Source: Acidobacteriota bacterium
Lineage (GTDB): Bacteria; Acidobacteriota; UBA890; WLXD01
Direction of reading: 5' to 3'
DNA: 64,000 bases
Assembly (NCBI GenBank): GCA_963666055.2
Contig: CAXWPH010000015.1
Span: 800,001 to 864,000 of the forward strand
In this document: positions 19,075 to 30,267 of the stretch, one piece after another
Position numbering within the stretch: the first letter of the stretch is position 1
Layout: each line of letters begins with the position of its first letter
The notes under the pieces: generated by a model
Databases searched by the model: none
What the model was told of the DNA's origin: nothing
The model's input: the letters and a program-made list of their open reading frames with translations, nothing else
Program-made: the position numbers and the translations under genes

Positions 19075-21117
19075 TCATGGAAGGGCGAAAGCGATGAGCT
19101 CTTGTTTCCAGACGCCCATTCCTCCGACGGCGATGACGAGGTGCTGCCGTCCGTCTTGCATGTACGTCATGGGTTGCGCGGACGCAGGACCCGGCAGCTC
19201 AAACTCCCACAGCACCGTGCCGTTGTCCTTGTCCAGGGCGCGAAGACGCGTCTCCTCCAACTCCCCCGTTGATGCTTCGGAGCCGTACTCCCACCATGCC
19301 GACTCGCGGCCCGGGGCGCGCCCCTCGCTCAGGAAGAGCAGACCGTTCTCGGTAACGAGGGGGAACCTGAACCTCGGGCTGCCGAGATCGGGCAACTCCA
19401 GTGGCTGAAGCGTCGGATGATGCCGCGGTCCTTCACCCACTGGAACCATCCACAGATGCCGCCCCTGCTCGTTGAGTCCTATGGCTGTCAGTCGGCCATA
19501 GGGCGGCTTGGTCAAGGGCAGCCCCTGCGGACCTGAGCCCCAGGCGTACTCTTCCCGAACGAGCCGAAAATCGGTGGATGAAGCCGCCGTGCCGAGTCGG
19601 TAAATGTCGACTTTGGACAGCGAAGGGACGTAGAGAATGCCGGTTTCGGGGTCGAACGCTGCGCCACCCCAGTTGGCTCCACCGATTCTGCCCGGCATGA
19701 TCAACGTGCCCTCCAATGAGGGCGGTGAATACAGCGGGCCATGGTTGTGCTGCTGCAGAATCGTCAAGGCCTCCTGTCTGAGCTCCGGCGTGAAGTCGAT
19801 GAGGTTGCCGGGCGTCACGCCTTGACGCTCGAAGGCTTCCGGAACGGTCGGAAAGGGCTGCGTCGGTGACAGCATCTCCCCTTCGACGGTCGGCGCGGTG
19901 GGGACCCCCCGTTCCTCTATCGGCCATACGGGCTCGCCCGTTTCCCGATCGAACACGAAGGTGAAGCCCTGCTTGGTGACCTGCGCGACCGCCTTTATCT
20001 GTCGGCCGTTCACCTCGATGTGCGCCAGCACGGGAGCCGCAGGAGGGTCATAGTCCCACAGGCCGTGATGAGTCAGCTGGTAGTGCCAGACTCTACGGCC
20101 CGTTGCTACATCCACCGCGACCAACGATTGGGAAAACAGGTTGTCGCCCGGGCGGTGGCCGCCGTAGTAGTCGTTGGTCGTTCCGCTGACTGGGAGATAG
20201 ACGTAGTTGAGCTCGGGGTCGTAGCTCATCAGAGTCCATACGTTGGCGTTGCCATGAATCTCCAAGGCGTCCAGCGGCCAGGTGTCGGCACCATGTTCGG
20301 CCGGCTGCGGAACCGTGTTGAATCGCCACAGTTGCTCGCCGGTTCGCGCGTCGTAGCCGCGCACATCACCGGGCGGACCGTCGAATCCGATGAGCGCGTC
20401 GACGAGGTTCGATCCGACCACCAGCACATCGCCGCAAACCATCGGCGGTGAGCTGACTCCATAGGCGAGCCGGTTGTCTCTACCGACCGTGCCGCGCACC
20501 AGCGGTCGCGACAGCCCCTGGGTCAGATCGACAATGCCGGCGTCCCCGAATTCAGGGTCTGGGCGTCCGGTCTTTGCATCCAACGAGATCAATCGTCCAT
20601 CGCCCGTACCCATGTAGACGCGTTGAATCCGGCCGTCGGACCAGTAGGCGACGCCGCGGTGAGCGAAGGCCCAGTTCGGCGGGGCCTGGCTCGCGGGATC
20701 CTCGTCCGGTCCCCGTAGAGCATTGCGCTTCCAGACGCCGGGATCGTAGGTCCACAGTGTCTGGCCGGTCGCGGCATCGATCGCCGCGACCAGGTGGTAC
20801 GAGGTGGAGGTGTACAGGACACCGTCTGTCATGATCGGCGTGGCTTCATGCAAGAACGGTGGTCGCAGCGCGGGGTTCGCGGCGCGTATTGCCGTATCCG
20901 GTGATTCCCATCGCCACGCGATGCGCAGATCGTTGACGTTATTTCTGTTGATCTGATCGAGCGACGAGTACTTGCGGCTCCCTGGATCGCCTCCGTGGTG
21001 GAGCCACTCGCCCTCGGCGCTCGCAGGCTGGATGCTGGCTGGGGCAGCGCACGACGCGACCAGAAGGATGGATGTGATCCCCGCCGACCTCCCGCGCAGT
21101 TGCTTCAGGCGGTGCAC
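19075..21117 (-). CDS. PQQ-dependent dehydrogenase (glucose/quinate type), lipoprotein
   Basis: 'YSSLDQIN', 'HHGLWDYD', 'GGANWGG', 'KPPYG'. Confidence 0.9.
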   Translation of the reverse strand: MHRLKQLRGRSAGITSILLVASCAAPASIQPASAEGEWLHHGGDPGSRKYSSLDQINRNNVNDLRIAWRWESPDTAIRAANPALRPPFLHEATPIMTDGVLYTSTSYHLVAAIDAATGQTLWTYDPGVWKRNALRGPDEDPASQAPPNWAFAHRGVAYWSDGRIQRVYMGTGDGRLISLDAKTGRPDPEFGDAGIVDLTQGLSRPLVRGTVGRDNRLAYGVSSPPMVCGDVLVVGSNLVDALIGFDGPPGDVRGYDARTGEQLWRFNTVPQPAEHGADTWPLDALEIHGNANVWTLMSYDPELNYVYLPVSGTTNDYYGGHRPGDNLFSQSLVAVDVATGRRVWHYQLTHHGLWDYDPPAAPVLAHIEVNGRQIKAVAQVTKQGFTFVFDRETGEPVWPIEERGVPTAPTVEGEMLSPTQPFPTVPEAFERQGVTPGNLIDFTPELRQEALTILQQHNHGPLYSPPSLEGTLIMPGRIGGANWGGAAFDPETGILYVPSLSKVDIYRLGTAASSTDFRLVREEYAWGSGPQGLPLTKPPYGRLTAIGLNEQGRHLWMVPVGEGPRHHPTLQPLELPDLGSPRFRFPLVTENGLLFLSEGRAPGRESAWWEYGSEASTGELEETRLRALDKDNGTVLWEFELPGPASAQPMTYMQDGRQHLVIAVGGMGVWKQELIAFALP

Positions 21118-21217
21118 GATTCCCCTTTACCTGTTGTCCGACAGACGGCACCCTTTCAGGCGGGCCGAATTCGTCGGGAAGATTGCGCTATTGAATCGTA
21201 GGAAGCCAGGGGAGCCG

Positions 21218-22624
21218 ATGCACTTACCTGCCATGCCGAGCTCGTGGCGCCGGGTTGCAGATCGACGCGACGTGCTCATCTGTCTGCTGGGCGTATTGGC
21301 GCTAGGCCTGGCGGCAACTTCGCTGGCGCTGACCGGTCTGCCATCCCAGCCAACCGAGGGGCAGGAATGGCGCCAGTTCCGCGGTCCCGGCGCCCGCGGC
21401 GTGGCCGCCGACCCCTCCCTTCCCGCCTCGTGGAGCACGACCGACAACGTTGTCTGGACGGCTCCGGTTCCAGGGATGGGCTGGAGCTCACCGATCGTTA
21501 CCGCCGAGCTGATCGTGGTGACGTCGGTGGTCAGCTCGGAGCTCGGGGAAGAGCCTCGCCCGGGGCTCTACTTCGGCGGTGAGCGGCCCGCCCCATCGGA
21601 TCTGCATCGCTGGGTCGTTTACGCCTATGACGTCGACACCGGTGAGCTGCGCTGGGAAACGGAGCTCCACCGTGGTGTCCCCGCAATGCCCCGTCACCTC
21701 AAGAATAGCTATGCCTCCGAGACGCCGGTAACCGATGGGAAGCGGATCTTCGTCTACTTCGGCAACGTCGGGCTGTTCGCCCTCGACCTGCAGGGCGGCA
21801 TGTTATGGGAGCGGCGCTGGCCGACCGTCCGAACTCGCAATGGCTGGGCCACAGCTGCCTCGCCGGCGCTGCACGAGGGACGCCTGTACATCGTCAACGA
21901 CAACGACGAGCAGTCGTTCATCGCCGCCGTGGATGCGGCTACCGGTGAGGATTTCTGGACCGTGTTACGCGACGAGGGGACCAACTGGGCGACGCCGTTC
22001 ATCTGGGACCACGAGCTGCGCACCGAGGTGGTCACCTCCGGGACAGATCGCGTCCGGTCCTACGATCTCGACGGCAACCTGCTCTGGGAGATGGGCGGCA
22101 TGTCGTCGATTACGATTCCGACCCCGTTCACGGAGTTCGGACTCCTGTACCTTGCCTCTGGTTACGTCGGCGATGAGCGTCGACCCGTCTTTGCGATCCG
22201 GCCCGGCGCTGGCGGTGACATCTCGATCCTCGAGGGAGAAACATCGAACGATCACGTCGCCTGGTCGCTGCCGCAGGGCAGCGCCTACAACCCCTCACCG
22301 CTCGTCTACGGCGACCAGTACTACACCCTGTACGACCGCGGCTTCATGACCGCTCACGACGCGCGCACGGGCGAGGAGATCTACGACAAGCGTCGCGTCG
22401 CGGCGGCGACCGGTTTCACGGCGTCGCCGTGGGCCTACAACGACTTTGTCTTCGCTGCCAGCGAGGACGGCGACACCTACGTGATCCGTGCCGGGTCGGA
22501 GTTCGAGGTCGTCGCGGTCAACAGCCTCGAAGAGATGGTGATGGCGACGCCGGCGATAGCGCGCGGCAGCCTCTTCATCCGCACGGCCTCCCGCCTCTAT
22601 CGCATCGCAGAGGCAGGCTCCTAG
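21218..22624 (+). CDS. PQQ-like beta-propeller repeat protein
   Basis: 'WRQFRGP', 'GWSSP', repeated 'TGE..W'. Confidence 0.88.
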   Translation: MHLPAMPSSWRRVADRRDVLICLLGVLALGLAATSLALTGLPSQPTEGQEWRQFRGPGARGVAADPSLPASWSTTDNVVWTAPVPGMGWSSPIVTAELIVVTSVVSSELGEEPRPGLYFGGERPAPSDLHRWVVYAYDVDTGELRWETELHRGVPAMPRHLKNSYASETPVTDGKRIFVYFGNVGLFALDLQGGMLWERRWPTVRTRNGWATAASPALHEGRLYIVNDNDEQSFIAAVDAATGEDFWTVLRDEGTNWATPFIWDHELRTEVVTSGTDRVRSYDLDGNLLWEMGGMSSITIPTPFTEFGLLYLASGYVGDERRPVFAIRPGAGGDISILEGETSNDHVAWSLPQGSAYNPSPLVYGDQYYTLYDRGFMTAHDARTGEEIYDKRRVAAATGFTASPWAYNDFVFAASEDGDTYVIRAGSEFEVVAVNSLEEMVMATPAIARGSLFIRTASRLYRIAEAGS

Positions 22625-22899
22625 CAGGCCGTGGTGAAAGTGTGATGGGTCTGGCGACAGGGTCTTGCGAAGTGGAGGCAAGGAGAGAGGAGGAGGCGAT
22701 GGAACCCCCATCGTTGACGAGGAACGACGCAGCCTACGCGCGCAACCCCCTGTCGCCCGAAGGGTTACGGCGAGTTGGGGCCATCTGCGGTGTTGGCCTT
22801 CCTCGACGATGGCCGGGGCATCGCCTGTGTCAGGCCGCCTTGCATCTGGCCCCAACTCGCCGTAACCAGACCCCCCACACTTTCACCACGGCCTGCTAG
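22621..22899. mobile_element. MITE/REP-like non-autonomous element, 279 bp including CTAG at both ends
   Basis: TIR 22621-22654 vs 22866-22899 matches at 32/34; two internal inverted-repeat arms. Confidence 0.85.
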
Positions 22900-23285
22900 G
22901 CGCTCTCCAGCCCCAGGTGCGCGACCATGGGATCGAAGTCCCGGTCTGTATATAACAGCGGATAGCCGTGTTGGATGCAGAAGCTGCCGATCATCACATC
23001 GATCGTCTTGCGCGCCGTGACGCCCATCTTGCGCAGCTTCCGATAGTTGTCAGCCGCGAACAGAGCGACCTCGCGTCCCAGCATGTCACGACACTCGAGT
23101 CGGGCCAGGAGCTCTCGGGCACGATGGAAATCCGAATCGCGGCGGAATCCCTGCAGCACCTCAGCCAGAATAATGTCGCCGGTCAGTATCAGCTCGCCGG
23201 CGAGTCGCGAATCGAGCTCGTCGGTCTCCCTGCAGTCGACTCCGTTGAAGAAGTCGATCCATACGGAGGAATCGACGAGGATCAC
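22896..23285 (-). CDS. vapC: VapC PIN-domain toxin
   Basis: 'ILVDSSVWID', 'TIDVMI', 'YTDRDF'. Confidence 0.92.
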   Translation of the reverse strand: MILVDSSVWIDFFNGVDCRETDELDSRLAGELILTGDIILAEVLQGFRRDSDFHRARELLARLECRDMLGREVALFAADNYRKLRKMGVTARKTIDVMIGSFCIQHGYPLLYTDRDFDPMVAHLGLESA

Positions 23286-23476
23286 GCGTCGCGCCGACTC
23301 TCGCCGAGGTCACCCTCCCAGCTCAGCTTGCCGCGAGCGGCACGGATCGCCTCCTGGTCTTGCAGCCTGCCGAGCAATCGAAGCCCCGTCTCCACCGCTT
23401 CTCGCTTCGTCTTGATACCGGTTTTCTTCAGGACGTCGGCCATCAGATCGTCGTCGATGACGATGTTTGTCCGCAC
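23282..23476 (-). CDS. vapB: VapB antitoxin
   Basis: 'RTNIVIDDDL..TKREAVE..WEGDL'; overlaps the vapC start. Confidence 0.9.
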   Translation of the reverse strand: MRTNIVIDDDLMADVLKKTGIKTKREAVETGLRLLGRLQDQEAIRAARGKLSWEGDLGESRRDA

Positions 23477-23641
23477 GAGCTGCCTCCCAGGAGATTCTTG
23501 ATGTGTATAAACAGTAAGAATCATACACATTCCAGTTCGTGATTCCAGCTCCATCGTCTCGAGGACATGAGATGGACCGCCGTCGCGTCGACGAGGGCGA
23601 GCCCCGGGGGCCGCAGTCGTTCTGAGCGTCCGAGCCCGGGC

Positions 23642-25569
23642 TCACCGGGTAGGGCCGCGACTCTGATCGCGCAGCCTGAATACGAATAGGGCCGAGCTGC
23701 CGTCGGGCCGCGGGATTTCCGGCGTCAGCCCGAAGAATCCGGCGGTGCTGCCGGTCGGCACGGCCAGGTACTGTATGCCGTCCACTTCATAAGTCACGAC
23801 CGTACCCTGCACGGGGTTAGGCAGGCGCGTCGACCAGAGCGTCTCGCCGGTCTGCGAATCGAGGGCGCGGAGCTCGCGGTCGATCGGTCGATGTCGCCGT
23901 GGAAGACGAGGCCGCCGCCGGTGGCGACGACGCCACTGTGCGACGACCCCCGCTGGTCACGCCGCCAAAGCTGACGGCCGGTCGCGACGTCGATTGCAAT
24001 GACGGCGCTGAAGGTCCCGTCCGAGTCCGGCGTGGGGACGAGCCTGAGACTTGCGCTGTCGTGGTAGGCGCCGGCCTCGGGGGATACGTCCTTGAGCGTG
24101 TAGTCCATGCAGGTCTTGTTGAAGCCCACGAAGAAGATCCCTGTGTCGGGATCGACCGCAGTCCCGGGCCAGTTGCGTCCGCCGGCGAGGCTGGGGCAGA
24201 CGAACGTCGTCTCACCGATGCCGCCCATCAGGCTCTCGTTCAGATCGGCGCGGCCGGTCGTTACGTCGATGTCCGCCACGACGTTCTGGTAGTAGGTCTC
24301 TCGGGCCCAAAGTAGTCGGCCGGTCTCGGCGTCCATGGCGCGAATGATTCCGGACTTTCCGAACATGCCGAACAGCATCTTCAGCGGCTGCTGCGGCAGA
24401 TCGTCGGCGATCCACCGGACCTCTGCGGGGTCGGGTCGCGCCTCGGCGACCACCACGTGCCGCTCGAACACGGTATCCATGTCGAAGTTGCCGGATGGAA
24501 TATGTTGCTGCGCCCACTTGATCTCTCCGGTCACGGTGTCCAACGCCAGCGTCGAGTTGGTGTGGAGGAGATCACCAGCCGCGGCCCGCTGCGCCCGGCC
24601 CCAGGGGATGGGAACCGCCGTGCCGACGAAAAGCGTGCGCGTCTCGGGGTCATAGGATGGCGGCATCCAGACGGAACCTCCGTATCGTTCCGTGCTCGGA
24701 ATACCGCCCCAGCTATCCCCACCCGGTTCGTCGGGCGCGGCAATCGTGGTGCGTCGCCAGATCTCCGAGCCATCGTGAGGGTCGTGGGCGGAGATCCAGC
24801 AACCGCCCTCGTTGATCATGTAGCAGCCTGACATCGGCGCGATGATTCTGCCGTCGGCAACGATCGGGCCCGCCGAGTACCCATAGCCCTCGGCGTGATC
24901 GGCAACCTGCACGTCCCAGCGCACTTCGCCCGTTCGGGCGTCGAGCGCCACGAGGTGGGCGTCTCCGGTGCCCAGGATGATCATGTCCTCGTAGATCGCG
25001 ATATTGCGGTTGGCGTAGGCGAATCGGAACAGGTCGTCCGGAAGGTTGCGGTCGTAGCTCCAGAACAGATCGCCGCTGGTAGCGTCGAGCGCCTGGATCA
25101 CATCGGCGGACTGATTCAGGAACATCACCCCGTCATGGACGAGCGGCTGCACCTGGGTTCTTTTCCCGTTCATCGCCCACGCCCACACGAGCTCGAGCTC
25201 GGCGACGTTGTCACGGCTGATCTGGCTCAGCGGCGAGTAGCCCGAGAGCCCGTAGCCGCGCCGGTGGCTCAACCATTCGCCGTCCGGTGGGTTCCCGAGG
25301 TTGTCGTCGGTGACCGGCGACAGGTCTCGGAGCAAGGGCGGCAGCGTGTCTGGCTGCTCGGTACGAAAGAACGTCTACGTGCTCCCCTGTTGGGCGATAT
25401 TGGTGACGGAGTCCGAATCGGGCGCCGCTCGCCGGGCGCTCGGGGTGGCGCTGGCAGCCAGGTGCCGAGGTTGTGCCAGACCGCTCGAGACCGGTGCCTG
25501 GCCGCCGACTGCCAGGGCGATTAGCACCACGGGCACACGCCTACTCCGAATGCTACGGACGCCGGCCAT
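23642..25569 (-). pseudogene. PQQ-dependent dehydrogenase, disrupted
   Basis: In-frame TAG at 25375-25377 and an 8-bp tandem duplication at 23877-23892 that frameshifts the C-terminus. Confidence 0.8.
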
Positions 25570-27739
25570 TGGCGCTCGCTTGCTCGGCCACATAGCGGAT
25601 GTAATGGCGCATCGCCAGAAGCTCGTCGTCCGTGAACTCCGGATAGGCCGGCATGCCACGGGCGAGACGCGAGCCGTCGCGGACCACGGTCGCGAACCCG
25701 ATCTCCGAGAGCACGACTAGTGATGCCCTGAGATCGGGTGCCTGTCCTCCGGCGACGAGGCCCTCACCTCCGCCTCCATGACAGCCGCCACAGCGGCCGC
25801 CGTATACGCTGCCGCCCTGGCGCGCCAGGTCAGCGTCGATCGCGAAGTCGGCAGAGCGGATTGGCACGGGGACTACCGGTGGCGGCGAGGGCGGCAGGTC
25901 CGCGTCCCCGTCGAGGGAGAACACCACCAGGCGACGCGGATGAACTCCATACGCCCATCCATGCGCCGCCGACTCGGCTCCTCCGATCCCCGCCCAGACG
26001 CCACCCCAGCCGACGAGCAGGGCAACGTACTGGCGCCCGTCGATCGCGTAGCTGATCGACGGGGCCGAGATCCCGGAGCCCATCTCGAACGTCCACAGTG
26101 TCTCACCGGTCGTGGCGCTGTGGGCCGCGAAGGTTCCGTCGGTGCGGCCTTGAAATACGAGGTTGCCGGCTGTCGTCATCGTTCCGGCGTTCCACAGACC
26201 GGGCAGCGGGACCTCCCATGCAAGCTCCTGTCGTACGGGGTCCCACGCCTGCAGAGATCCGAGGATCCCGTCCGACCTGGAAGAGCCGACCGTCGTCGTG
26301 GTCACCCCGGTGCCCCCGCGCCCCACCGGGGAGTGCCAGGTTTTCAGGTCGATGCCCTCGTCGCTGAACAACATGGCGAGGTGGATTGCGGGTATGTAGG
26401 CCAGTCCTGTCAACGGGCTGTACGACATGGCGTGCCAGTTGTGCGCGCCGGCGAACGAGGGCGTTACCTGCGCTGGTCGATCCTCGTATCTCGCGCCATC
26501 GACCTCGACCGGCCGCCCGGTCTGCAGATCGATCTCCGTCGCCCAGCTGACCTCGGCGAAGGGCTCTGCCGAGATCAGCTTCCCGGTCTCGCGGTCGATC
26601 ACGTAGAAGAAGCCGTTCTTGGGGGCGTGGAGGATCGCCTTGACCTCGCGTCCGTCGATGGTGAGATCGGCGAGCACGATGTCCATGTTGGAGTTGTAAT
26701 CCCAGCTCTCGCCCGGCGTCGTCTGATAGTGCCACAGGTACTCGCCGGTGTCGGGATCGAGGGCGACGATGGAGCACAGGAAGAGGTTGTCGCCGCCGCC
26801 GGGGCTGCGGATTTTCCGGTTCCAGGGCGATCCGTTGCCGGTGCCGATGTAGAGGGCGTCGAGCTCGGCGTCGTAGGTGAAGCCGTGCCAGGCGTTGCCG
26901 CCGCCGCCGAACTTCCACCACTCACCGGTCCAGGTCTCGGCGGCCATCTTCATGGCCTCGTTCTCGAATCCGTCGGCGGGGTTGCCGGGGACGATCCAGA
27001 AGCGCCACGCCTCCTCGCCGGTCTCGGCGTCGTAGGCGGTGACGTAGCCTCGTGCCGCACCGTGCTCGGTGCCACCGTTGCCGATCAGCACCTTGCCTTT
27101 GAAGATCTTGGGGGCGCCGGTGATGTAGTAGTGCACGTCCGGATCGACCGTCATGACGCTCCACAGCTCCTCGCCGGTGGCGGCGTCCACCGCGTTGAGG
27201 CGTCCGTCCCAGGTGGCGACGTAGACTTTGCCCTTCCAGAAGCCGATGCCGCGGTTGTGATCCCAGCCGGCTCGCATTCGATGCGCGGCGTGACCCGCGA
27301 TGTCCGGGTCGTACTCCCAGATCACCTCGCCGGTGGCCCCGTCGACGGCGCGCACGACGTTCATGCTGCCGATGAAGTACAGGATGCCGTCGATGACGAG
27401 CGGGGTGGACGTCAGGCCCCTGTCATTCGGCAAGTCGAGATACCAGTCCACCGCGAGGTCGCCGACGTTGGACGTGTTGATCTGGACCAGAGGGCTGAAG
27501 CGCTGCTCACTGTATGTTCGGCCGAATGCGAGCCAGTCCTCGCCCCGCGACTCGTCCGCCAACGCGACGTCGTCCACCAGGGTCGGCGATGGGGGCCGGC
27601 TGGAGGATTGCGCGGCGCCAATGGACAGCACCATCGCTGACAGCAGCGCCAACCGACAGATCCCCCGAGTCAGCAACCTACGACGTTTCAACGAACAGGC
27701 CTCCTTCTCGTCGGTCTCCACACACTCAGTCGGGCGCAT
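25553..27739 (-). CDS. Quinohemoprotein (PQQ + heme c) alcohol dehydrogenase family, copy 1
   Basis: 'RFSPL.QIN', 'ITGAP', 'GGGDNLF', 'HAPKNGFFY', C-terminal CGGCH. Confidence 0.92.
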   Translation of the reverse strand: MRPTECVETDEKEACSLKRRRLLTRGICRLALLSAMVLSIGAAQSSSRPPSPTLVDDVALADESRGEDWLAFGRTYSEQRFSPLVQINTSNVGDLAVDWYLDLPNDRGLTSTPLVIDGILYFIGSMNVVRAVDGATGEVIWEYDPDIAGHAAHRMRAGWDHNRGIGFWKGKVYVATWDGRLNAVDAATGEELWSVMTVDPDVHYYITGAPKIFKGKVLIGNGGTEHGAARGYVTAYDAETGEEAWRFWIVPGNPADGFENEAMKMAAETWTGEWWKFGGGGNAWHGFTYDAELDALYIGTGNGSPWNRKIRSPGGGDNLFLCSIVALDPDTGEYLWHYQTTPGESWDYNSNMDIVLADLTIDGREVKAILHAPKNGFFYVIDRETGKLISAEPFAEVSWATEIDLQTGRPVEVDGARYEDRPAQVTPSFAGAHNWHAMSYSPLTGLAYIPAIHLAMLFSDEGIDLKTWHSPVGRGGTGVTTTTVGSSRSDGILGSLQAWDPVRQELAWEVPLPGLWNAGTMTTAGNLVFQGRTDGTFAAHSATTGETLWTFEMGSGISAPSISYAIDGRQYVALLVGWGGVWAGIGGAESAAHGWAYGVHPRRLVVFSLDGDADLPPSPPPVVPVPIRSADFAIDADLARQGGSVYGGRCGGCHGGGGEGLVAGGQAPDLRASLVVLSEIGFATVVRDGSRLARGMPAYPEFTDDELLAMRHYIRYVAEQASANGRRP

Positions 27740-27988
27740 GCTGGCACGACTCTAGCGACGACGCTCGAAACGGACAACAGAACGCCGGAGCACCGCCCCG
27801 AATTACCACCGAACGGCCGCGCTGCAAGGAGCGGGCTCACCTGCTCAGCTCGCTCACGGTCCTTTGGCTTCCTCGCGAGACCGTGGTAAGAGAGGGGTCG
27901 GCGCGGTCCGCGATTTGTGTGGGTCGCCGCGAGCGAGATGCTCTCCCGGTTCGGCACAACAAAACGGGTCAGGCAAAGGAGAAGCCAG

Positions 27989-28666
27989 GTGGGCCGCAAG
28001 CCAAGGGACCCTGACGATCGTCGACGCGACGAGCTCTCGCGCCGCGAGCTGCTGAAGCGCGCCGGAATCGTCGGTGCGACAGCCACCTTTCCGGTTTCGA
28101 TGCTTCCCGCTCGCCAGATCGCCGCCATTGCTCAGGGTGGCTTCGAAACGCTCGCCGAGGCGGAATCAGTGGCGCTCGAGGCGATCGTCGCACGTTTGAT
28201 CCCTACCGACGAGACCGGTCCCGGCGCCACCGAGGCGCGCGCCGTCCACTACATCGACCGCGCCCTTGCCGGTGCGCTCGCACCCGAGCGTGACGCCTAT
28301 GCGGCAGGCCTCGCCGCCGTCGACGCATACGCGCAGGCGGCGCACGGCGCCCTGTTCGCCGAGCTAACGTCGGACGACCAGGACAGCGTCCTGAGCGACA
28401 TGGAGAACGACGTCGCCACCGGTTTCGATCCCGACGCGGGCACGTTCTTCGAGCTGGTACGGACCCACACGATCCACGGCACGTTCTGCGACCCGTACTA
28501 CGGCGGCAACGCGGTTTTCGTCGGTTGGGACCTGATCAGCTATCCGGGCGTGCGCGTCGTCGTCACCGCTTCGCAGCAGCGAATGGATCGGGCCGCCAGG
28601 CCGACACGCAGATCGGCCTACGACGCTGGCGGATTCTCCACACCGGGGACGGGCAGTGGCGGTTGA
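27989..28666 (+). CDS. Gluconate 2-dehydrogenase subunit 3 family (Tat-exported)
   Basis: 'SRRELL' Tat motif; 'PGATEA', 'FCDPYYGGN..GW..ISYPG'. Confidence 0.88.
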   Translation: MGRKPRDPDDRRRDELSRRELLKRAGIVGATATFPVSMLPARQIAAIAQGGFETLAEAESVALEAIVARLIPTDETGPGATEARAVHYIDRALAGALAPERDAYAAGLAAVDAYAQAAHGALFAELTSDDQDSVLSDMENDVATGFDPDAGTFFELVRTHTIHGTFCDPYYGGNAVFVGWDLISYPGVRVVVTASQQRMDRAARPTRRSAYDAGGFSTPGTGSGG

Positions 28667-30051
28667 GCTGAAGAAGACTGACGTGGTCGTCGTCGGCCTG
28701 GGCGCCGCCGGCGGCGTCGCGGCCCTGCCGCTCGTTGAAGCCGGCCTCGAGGTGATCGGTCTGGAGGCGGGAGAATGGCATTCGCCTTCCGAGTTCGCTC
28801 CCGATGAGCTGCAGAACAATGTGCGCGGCTGGCCGCGGGCGGTGCAGAAGGCGAACCGGGAGATTCCCGTGCACCGGCCCGACGCGGCGTCGCCCGACTC
28901 ACCCCGGGCGGCCGTCCACCCGATGATGAACGCGGTCGGCGGCACCACGCTGCACTACTGGGCGCAGAGCTGGCGCCTCAACCCGTGGGACTTCCAGGTC
29001 GTCAGCGAGACGACGCGCAGGTACGGCGCCGGGAGAGTTCCCGCGGGCTCCACCGTGCAGGATTGGCCTCTCGGCCTCGAGGAGCTCGAGCCGTACTACG
29101 ACAGGGTGGAACAGGCGATCGGTGTGTCGGGTCAGGCGGGGAACATCGGCGGCGAGATCGACCCGCGCGGCAACATTTTCGAGGGGCCGCGCCGTCGCCA
29201 CTACCCCATGCCGGCGCTGCGGGGCACCGGGTTCACCGAGCTCATGACCGGGGCGGCGCGAGGGCTCGGGTGGCATCCGTTCCCGGGGCCGGCGGCGATC
29301 AACTCGAGGCCCTACGGCGACCGATCGGCCTGCGTCTACCACGGCTTCTGCAGTCGCGGCGGCTGCCACGTTAGCGCCAAGAGCTCGACCGCGGTCACGA
29401 CGATCCCGAAGGCCCAGGAGACGGGCCGCCTGGAGGTGGTCACACGAGCCCACGTCACGAGCATCGACGTGGACGGTCACGGGCGCGTCAGCGGTGTTCG
29501 TTACCTGAAGGACGACGAGACGTATTTCCAACCGGCCTCCGTAGTGCTCCTTGCCAGCTACACGTATGAAAACGTCCGGCTTCTGCTGCTTTCGAGGTCA
29601 GCGGCGTATCCGGACTGGCGCGTACATCCAGACGACGACGCTGCCGTACCAGGACAACTACCTCGACCTACACCCCAGCGTGACCGACCCGCTCGGCTAC
29701 CCGGTGTGCCGCATCACGGCCGACTACAAGGGCAACGAGAAGCGGCTTGCCGCCTTCGTGCAGCAGAAGATGGTCGAGTGGTTCAGCGAGGCCGGCGCGG
29801 TGGAGACGGAGAAGAACGACATCGGCACGATGGGTCCGACGACGCACGCCTACGGCGGCACGCGCATGGGCAACGATCCCGGCACCAACGTTGTCGACCG
29901 CTGGGGGTTCTCTCACGAGGCGCCGAACCTCGGCGTCCTCGGGGCCTCGGTGATGGGCACCAGCGGCGCCCACAACCCTACGCTCACCGCGCAGGCGCTC
30001 GCCTGGCGAACCGCCGATCATCTGGTGACGAACTGGGCGACGATCGCCTGA
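28656..30051 (+). pseudogene. GMC oxidoreductase (gluconate 2-dehydrogenase flavoprotein-like) with frameshift and probable internal deletion
   Basis: 'VVVGLGAAGG' FAD motif; frame changes near 29615; C-terminal 'HAYGGTRMG' and 'NPTLTAQAL' lie in the second frame. Confidence 0.8.
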
Positions 30052-30267
30052 CTTAGGAAGACCTCCGATTCGCGGGGTAGGGGGCTCCTGGTGAAGCAAC
30101 ACGGATATGATCCCGAGGAGGGCACATGTTGCCCTTTCGAGGAAACTTGGGCAAATTGCTGCGAGACAGAACTGAGGACGTGGACACGATGAAGAACTCC
30201 GATAGCTGCGGATCGCCCTCAGCTGAATACGAACCTCCTACCGAGCGACGTCGATGATGAGGAAACC

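Noticed and set aside
22621-22899. CRISPR array or short ORFs within this element
   Set aside because: The repeats are inverted, not direct repeat-spacer units, and the ORFs look spurious
25375-25377. In-frame TAG as possible pyrrolysine or read-through
   Set aside because: It lies in a non-catalytic linker, the family is not a known Pyl user, and the gene has a second frameshift lesion; a nonsense mutation is simpler
25778-27640. 620-aa + strand ORF and other long antisense ORFs (e.g. 7270..8514, 38418..39626)
   Set aside because: Shadow frames of real high-GC genes, with no recognisable motifs
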